Part shown: piece by piece, positions 46,958 through 52,403 of the stretch
Layout of the letters: the number at the start of each line of letters is the position of its first letter
Numbering within the stretch: the stretch's first letter is position 1
NCBI GenBank assembly: GCA_038841535.1
Contig: JAWBTQ010000008.1
Location: 1-52,403 of the forward strand
Source: Sulfolobales archaeon
GTDB taxonomy: Archaea > Thermoproteota > Thermoprotei_A > Sulfolobales > NBVN01
Reading direction: 5' to 3'
DNA: 52,403 nt
Translations under genes and position numbers: made by a program
Notes under the pieces: generated by a model
The model's database searches: none
What the model saw: only the letters and a program-made list of their open reading frames with translations
Told to the model about the DNA's origin: nothing

Positions 46958-47753
46958 CTACTCGTGACCCGACTAGCCCGGCTTTCACGCCAATAGATTC
47001 GCACTTTCTTAAGTATCTATTTCGTGCCTCTAGAAGGGCCTCGTCCTTCGTTTTAGCTGTTACGAATTCGTATGCATGTATTACTCCCGCATCTCTTAGT
47101 GCTAATACTGCGTCTTCAAGGTATTCGTAAGCGAGCTCGGGTAGGGGCATTAAAATCCTGTCAAAGCATTTAGCACAGGATCTAGCTACCTCTCGAGCAT
47201 CACCTAGTACTGGAACAACAACTTCAGAGACGTTGTTAAGCTTAACATTCTCTACCATGTAGTTGAAGGCGTCCGGGTTTATGTCTACCGATATAACACG
47301 CTTTGGCTTTGAGTACTTAGCTATTATGATCGAAAAGAGACCTACACCGGCAAACATGTTGAGGACCTCTTCGCCAGGCTTAACCAGTTTCGCTATCCTC
47401 GCATGCTCATAATTCAGAGCTGGTGATACATATACCTTAGTTATATCCAATCTAAATAAACAGCCGTGCTCCTTATATATGGTCTCACTCCTCAGCTCTC
47501 CAGCTAAGTGCACGAACTCTCTAATTCTGTAGCTACCTCCTACAGGTGTTACAGCAAGCCAGACAGACTTAACATACGGAAGCCTGTTCATTATCTCTAC
47601 AGCAAGGTTTCTGTATGCTTCCACCCCCAAGTCGAGATCTAGTGGCTTTCTGAGAACTGCTATATCACCTATAATCTCTACTCTCTTCCACACTCTGCGC
47701 GCTAAAGACTCCCCTAAGACCTCTCTAGCTATATCTCTTAGCAAAGAGCCCAA
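46893..47753 (-). CDS. Trm5/Taw2 (Met-10-like) tRNA methyltransferase family protein
   Basis: IIGDIAV, KEHGC.F..D..KVY.SP, NMFAGVG.F, DINP.A and DRILMPLP. Confidence 0.88.
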   Translation of the reverse strand: MGSLLRDIAREVLGESLARRVWKRVEIIGDIAVLRKPLDLDLGVEAYRNLAVEIMNRLPYVKSVWLAVTPVGGSYRIREFVHLAGELRSETIYKEHGCLFRLDITKVYVSPALNYEHARIAKLVKPGEEVLNMFAGVGLFSIIIAKYSKPKRVISVDINPDAFNYMVENVKLNNVSEVVVPVLGDAREVARSCAKCFDRILMPLPELAYEYLEDAVLALRDAGVIHAYEFVTAKTKDEALLEARNRYLRKCESIGVKAGLVGSRVVRSVGPRYYQVVLDLQFEKIS

Positions 47754-48036
47754 GAATACCTATAATTTCAGACTATATCTAGGTTATAGCTTCAACACAA
47801 CGAGGGCACTGTGACTCTCGTGTAGAGTGGCTGGTAGCCACAGTGGACGCCGAGAGGGGTGCGGCCCGTCCTAGAAAAACCCGAAAAGACCTAGAACTAG
47901 AAACAGCGGAAATCTCTTCGTTACCTCCTTGCTTCTCTTACTCAAGTATCGAACCAGAGTCTAGGATTCCCTAGGTGTTGCTTAAGTCAAAAGCTTAAAA
48001 GAGTGTGTGACTACTATATGAGGCGACGAAAGGGGG

Positions 48037-48429
48037 ATGAGGATGAGCAGGAGACCGTCTCACGTAAGGTTTGATGTGCCACCGGAGGTCGCAGAAAAAG
48101 CCTATGAAGCAGTAAAGAAAGCTAGAGAGTCTGGAGGTAAGATCAAGAAGGGCACTAACGAAGCTACTAAAGCCGTTGAGAGGGGGCAGGCCAAGCTTGT
48201 TGTAATTGCTGTTGATGTCGATCCGCCAGAGGTTGTGCTACACTTACCGTATCTCTGCGATGAAAAGAAGGTCCCGTACATCTATGTGCCCAGCAAGAAG
48301 AGGCTCGGAGAGGTAGCCGGGATTCAAGTGGCATCAGCTTCCGTAGCCATATTAGAAGCCGCAGCCGCTAAAGACCTGGTCGAGGAACTTACTAGAGTGT
48401 TTCAGGACCTAAGAGCGAAAGCCGCATAG
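48037..48429 (+). CDS. rpl7ae: 50S ribosomal protein L7Ae
   Basis: [42 protein letters not shown]; the start may be ATG 48043. Confidence 0.97.
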   Translation: MRMSRRPSHVRFDVPPEVAEKAYEAVKKARESGGKIKKGTNEATKAVERGQAKLVVIAVDVDPPEVVLHLPYLCDEKKVPYIYVPSKKRLGEVAGIQVASASVAILEAAAAKDLVEELTRVFQDLRAKAA

Positions 48430-48653
48430 CATTACACCGAGAGATAGGTCACTAACGAAAAGAGTTTTCACACCGCACACAACGTTTTTTACTCGCCCAT
48501 TCTCTTGAGGGTTTAAGTCTAGCTCCCGCAGAAAACTGCTGTTTAAGTACTAACCTAGAGGAGCTCTAGAGTCTGAGGTGTCACTATAGAAAAACTTAAC
48601 CCCACTTTAAAACCTCGGTAATTAAGAATACCGTAGGTGCGAGGTGATTACTA

Positions 48654-49490
48654 GTGTTTAAGTCTGCTAGAGAACCTGCAACACCGGAGGGTCTGCAGTA
48701 CCACATACACCTCAAGCCTGGTGATATACCAAGATATGTCTTACTCCCAGGAGATCCTGCGAGAGTTCCACTAATTGCCGGCTTCTGGGACCAGAGTAGG
48801 CTAGTAGCGGAGCATAGAGGGTTCGTAACGTACACTGGCACGTACAGAGGTGTTGCTTTAGCAGCTACATCCACCGGCATTGGTGGACCTTCAACAGCTA
48901 TAGTTGTAGAAGAGCTACTTAGAGTTGGGGCAGATACCTTTATTAGAGTCGGTACGACAGGGGCTCTTCAAGACTACATAAAGCTAGGTGACTTGATAAT
49001 CTCAACAGCAGCTGTGAGGCTAGATGGAGCTAGTAAGGCGTACGCTGACCCAGAGTACCCAGCTGTCGCAAGTTACGATGTCTTACTTGCTCTAATAGAG
49101 GCAGCAGAAAGCCTGGGTGTTAGATACCATGTGGGTATAACAGCTAGTAGTGATAGCTTCTACGTTGGTCAGGGGAGACCGGGCTTTAGAGGCTATCTAC
49201 CGCGGAAATGGAAGGGAATTGAGCGCGAGCTAAGAGAGCTAAACGTTCTAAACTTCGAGATGGAGGCATCTACGTTGTTCACCCTATCCAACATATATAG
49301 TGCGAGAGCAGGTGCCGTGTGTGCCGCAATCGCTAATAGAGCTACTGACGAGTTCGATCCTCAAGCAGGCATAACTGACTTAGTTAGAGTTGCTAACGAG
49401 GCAGTTAAAGTACTTTATGAGTGGGACAACCTACGGGAGCTTAAGGGCAAAAAGTATCTTTCCGTACGACTAGTCTCTGGGAATACCTAG
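48654..49490 (+). CDS. udp: Uridine phosphorylase
   Basis: QYHI, LLPGDPARV, STGIGGPST, IRVGTTG, SDSFY.GQGR and NFEMEAS. Confidence 0.9.
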   Translation: MFKSAREPATPEGLQYHIHLKPGDIPRYVLLPGDPARVPLIAGFWDQSRLVAEHRGFVTYTGTYRGVALAATSTGIGGPSTAIVVEELLRVGADTFIRVGTTGALQDYIKLGDLIISTAAVRLDGASKAYADPEYPAVASYDVLLALIEAAESLGVRYHVGITASSDSFYVGQGRPGFRGYLPRKWKGIERELRELNVLNFEMEASTLFTLSNIYSARAGAVCAAIANRATDEFDPQAGITDLVRVANEAVKVLYEWDNLRELKGKKYLSVRLVSGNT

Positions 49491-49514
49491 AGAAAAATGG
49501 CGCGGTAGAAGCAG

Positions 49515-50660
49515 GTGATAGCCGTGGTCAAGGTGCTCATCGACGGTGCTTCAGTTCTAACCGTAGATAGGGGTGTAAGCTATATAAGTACCGGTTATCT
49601 ATATATAGAGAACGGGTTTATAAAGTCCCTCGGGGTTGGTCAGGCTTCCGAAGAGCTACTTTACCCCGAGCTCTTACTAGGAGGTGCGGGCAGACTTGTT
49701 ACGAAAGGCTTTGCTTCAGGATTTACGGTGTTAAGTCTCTACCCCCTTAGGTACGGGCTAGAAGACATAGACTGGTTTTTGATGAGGGAGCTGGCTAGGG
49801 CTATCAAGAGAGCAGACATGTACTTCATCTCGCTTCTCTCCCTAGCTGAGTTGGCTAGTAAAGGTGTAACAGAAGTACTAGTAGTGGACGCTTACTTAGA
49901 CGAAGTCGCAAGAGCCTCTAGAGATGTAGGCATAAACGTAACTTTAGCACCACCTCTCAACTGCGGTCTAGACGATCAACAGCAACTAAACGAGCTAAGG
50001 CTCCTACTTGGAAGGTGGCATGAGAGAGTTGAGGGAGTTAAGATTGGAATCTCCGTATGCAGAGAACTCAAGGAGGATCACGTAACTTTAGCTAAGGAAG
50101 CGAGTCTACCTATATACGCACTAGAGCTAGAAAAGGAACCTCCAAAGAGCGCTGAAAAAACTAAGATCGTTGCTGTAAATCCCGTGCTCAACATGGACTT
50201 CCCAGCTATTTACTACGGCAGGATGCTGCGAAGCTGGAAAGGAGGTGGAGGAGTAGGTATCGGGATAAGACCTTCCTACAGTGTGCGCGAAGTAGTGAAA
50301 GAAATACTTTGGTCTCAGAACGCTGACCCAGCAGACGTGTTTCTTTCTGGAACAAAAACTACTTCAGAGCTCATTAGCCAACAAGAGAACTCGACGCTCA
50401 GAGAGGGTAGTAGGAGCAGCATAGTCATCTACAACCTATCAGAACCTCCAGGATGGCCTCTTCCTCGTTCTCTTCACTCAGCTATAAGAGCGGTCTTGGA
50501 AGGTGATGCACCGATTGAGACAGTAATTGTTGGAGATGACATAGTACTAGACAGAGAGGGGATTTTAACTGTGGGTTACGAACTATTTAAAAAAGCAATT
50601 AAGAGATTTGATGAGCTGTATCCTACTCTTCCTCCCTTAATCTCTCGACAACAGCTGTAG
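49515..50660 (+). CDS. Amidohydrolase-fold protein, apparently lacking metal ligands
   Basis: N-terminal beta-sandwich G.LYIENG.I..LG and C-terminal IETVIVG; GFASGFT is found where PGFxxxHxH is expected. Confidence 0.6.
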   Translation: MIAVVKVLIDGASVLTVDRGVSYISTGYLYIENGFIKSLGVGQASEELLYPELLLGGAGRLVTKGFASGFTVLSLYPLRYGLEDIDWFLMRELARAIKRADMYFISLLSLAELASKGVTEVLVVDAYLDEVARASRDVGINVTLAPPLNCGLDDQQQLNELRLLLGRWHERVEGVKIGISVCRELKEDHVTLAKEASLPIYALELEKEPPKSAEKTKIVAVNPVLNMDFPAIYYGRMLRSWKGGGGVGIGIRPSYSVREVVKEILWSQNADPADVFLSGTKTTSELISQQENSTLREGSRSSIVIYNLSEPPGWPLPRSLHSAIRAVLEGDAPIETVIVGDDIVLDREGILTVGYELFKKAIKRFDELYPTLPPLISRQQL

Positions 50661-51321
50661 GAATCACTCTCTTCTTAATAAACTCATAAAGTCTCCTGGC
50701 TTCCTCGTCTGAGACATACTTAGCTGCCGTTGTTAGAATACCTATGTTGCTCCTTAGGGCCTCCTCGATTGTTTTTCCATCTAGTAGTACTTTCTGCTTC
50801 TCTACGACTAGAGGTGTAGGTACTATGACAGCCGCTTTCTTTATGTAGACAAACTCCTCGTTGATTGGAGTAAGGACAAGAGCTCCCACCTCCCTACCTC
50901 CAAACTTTAACGAAAGAACGACGTCTCCGTCCTCAGTTTCACCCAGCTTCTCTATAGAGTACTCAACTATACCCGTCATTATCGCTTCAGCCTTAGGTAG
51001 ACATGACTTTAAAACGGTCTCCACCTCACTTTCAGGAACCCTCCTAAATACTTCTACTCTAAGTGTATCCAGCTTCCACTCTATCTTACCTGGGGAAATT
51101 TCGTAGTCTACTATTATTCTGACAACATCTCCTTTATCTACCTTAAGGCCCTCTACTAGTATGCTGTAGAGGAGCTTGTTGAGTTGGCCAACAGCGTAAG
51201 CTATATCCTCACTCTTTATGACTCCCTCTTTCATAACATCCCTAAGCAGTGCGAACGTCGTTTTTCTTATTTTACTAGCATATGCCCCAGCTATTACAAA
51301 CCCGGAGCTCAGTCTTGGCAT
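50623..51321 (-). CDS. DUF2258 family (ThermoDBP-related) nucleic-acid-binding protein
   Basis: LSSGFVIAGAYASKIRKT.FA, LN..LY..LV and KGDVVRI.VDY; start set at ATG 51321. Confidence 0.85.
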   Translation of the reverse strand: MPRLSSGFVIAGAYASKIRKTTFALLRDVMKEGVIKSEDIAYAVGQLNKLLYSILVEGLKVDKGDVVRIIVDYEISPGKIEWKLDTLRVEVFRRVPESEVETVLKSCLPKAEAIMTGIVEYSIEKLGETEDGDVVLSLKFGGREVGALVLTPINEEFVYIKKAAVIVPTPLVVEKQKVLLDGKTIEEALRSNIGILTTAAKYVSDEEARRLYEFIKKRVIPTAVVERLREEE

Positions 51322-51603
51322 TATTCCACCAAATAAGAACGTTGTTATGAAGCTATTAAACACCGACATAAATGTGTTAAACAAGCTATGTTCACTCTAT
51401 CGAGCTTGACTTCGGATTAGCTTGTAGTAGTTGTTGTCACTACCTTATTTTGTCTCCACATGTCGCTCGGGCTTGCATTTACCTTATGAGCGCTTTATAC
51501 AGCTCTGAAACTCCTAAGTTATAGTAAGTCAAGAACTCTATGAACTTGTTGAGAAGTGAATATACAAAAACGTACTTTACTAAAAGTTTTTGGTCAGCTG
51601 ATA

Positions 51604-52403
51604 GTGATAGTGTACTTTGAAACATACGGGTGTGCTCTAAATAGGGCTGATACCGCCTTAATGAAGTCGTTAGTAAGTGAGAAAGGTCATCAAATCACTA
51701 AGCATATTGAAGAAGCAGACATTGTAGTTATAAACACGTGTACGGTAAGATTAGACACCGAACTAAAAGTCCTCAGGAGACTCTCCTACCTCTACAAGCA
51801 TTTTGGAAACTCTAAGAAGATCGTTGTAGCGGGATGTATGGCTGCCGCTCAGCCATATACTATTAAGAGAGTGGTTCCGGGAGCTATACTCGTGTCCCCT
51901 CAGAATATCACGAGGCTAGTTGAAGCTATAGAGAGTGGTGCGGATGCCTTACTCGGTGAGAGAGATGTGTCCTATCTCAAGCCTTACGTAGACGGCGCTA
52001 TAGCGGCTGTTCCGATAGCTGAGGGGTGTATTGGTGATTGCTCCTTTTGCTTAACTAAGCTAGCTAGGAGAAGGTTGCGGTCGTATAAACCGGGGGCGGT
52101 AGTTAAGGCTGTTGAAGAAGCTGTTAAGAGTGGTGCAGTCGAGATAGAGTTGACTGCGCAAGACACCGGGTCTTATGGTTTAGACCTAGGAGACGTTAGA
52201 CTTCCGGACTTAGTTAGAGAGGTCGTAGAGAGAGTGCCGGGCAAATACATGCTGAGAATAGGAATGGCTAACCCTGATACCATAGCTGGGCTTATTGACG
52301 ACGTCGTTGAAGTGCTCAATGAGCCGCGCGTTTATAAGTACATGCATATACCACTTCAGTCAGCTGATGACAGGATCCTAAAGATCATGAAGAGAAAGTA
52401 CAC
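51604..52403 (+). CDS. Radical-SAM methylthiotransferase (MiaB-like, archaeal MtaB type), 3'-truncated by window edge; absent from ORF track
   Basis: YFETYGCALNRADT, INTCTV, VAGC, EGCIGDCSFC (CxxxCxxC), TAQDTG.YG.D, RIGM.NP and HIPLQS. Confidence 0.93.
   Translation, partial: MIVYFETYGCALNRADTALMKSLVSEKGHQITKHIEEADIVVINTCTVRLDTELKVLRRLSYLYKHFGNSKKIVVAGCMAAAQPYTIKRVVPGAILVSPQNITRLVEAIESGADALLGERDVSYLKPYVDGAIAAVPIAEGCIGDCSFCLTKLARRRLRSYKPGAVVKAVEEAVKSGAVEIELTAQDTGSYGLDLGDVRLPDLVREVVERVPGKYMLRIGMANPDTIAGLIDDVVEVLNEPRVYKYMHIPLQSADDRILKIMKRKY

Noticed and set aside
51322-51384. N-terminal extension of the DUF2258 ORF
   Set aside because: Family similarity starts at MPRLSSG (ATG 51321), which has GGTGGA upstream; the extension covers promoter-like DNA
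483-52166. Numerous 60-130-aa ORFs antisense to or nested in assigned genes (e.g. 3464-3847, 5084-5449, 25254-25628, 28410-28754, 51984-52166)
   Set aside because: Ser/Thr/Leu-rich shadow frames with no recognisable motifs, overlapping confidently assigned genes
1-52403. Apparent abundance of CTAG/TAG words
   Set aside because: A visual impression only that cannot be quantified here; it may simply reflect CTA/AGN/GTA codon usage

Overview
A 52.4-kb core-genome window from a thermophilic crenarchaeon (Thermoprotei, most likely Desulfurococcales/Sulfolobales-like). The assignment is inferred from the gene set: Rpo6, aIF1A/aIF2beta/NMD3, L7Ae, a Cren7-like protein, a DUF2258/ThermoDBP-related protein, the PoK-PPS-CoaBC pathway and an intron-containing tRNA-Val. 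Most of the window is housekeeping: glycine cleavage P subunits, geranylgeranyl reductase, CoA synthesis, tRNA/rRNA modification, translation factors and a type IA topoisomerase. The less ordinary signals lie mostly outside the ORF track: (i) a tandem two-domain Hfq/Sm-like protein in an sRNA-rich gap; (ii) two clear and two weaker box C/D sRNAs, one predicted to guide Um34 of tRNA-Lys(UUU); (iii) IS200/IS605 (TnpB) debris, namely a split and partly inverted tnpB pseudogene at ~8.8-9.3 kb and a left-end/right-end fusion mini-element at ~29.4-29.6 kb; (iv) two genes that appear to start at CTG; (v) a 1187-aa surface protein whose coiled-coil stalk switches from hendecad to heptad repeats; (vi) several catalytically degenerate enzyme homologues; (vii) a possible ~15-kb inversion separating Dim2 from the aIF1A-Rio1 operon. 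No CRISPR array, rRNA gene or intact transposase was seen. All family assignments come from motif recognition by eye; no database searches were run.
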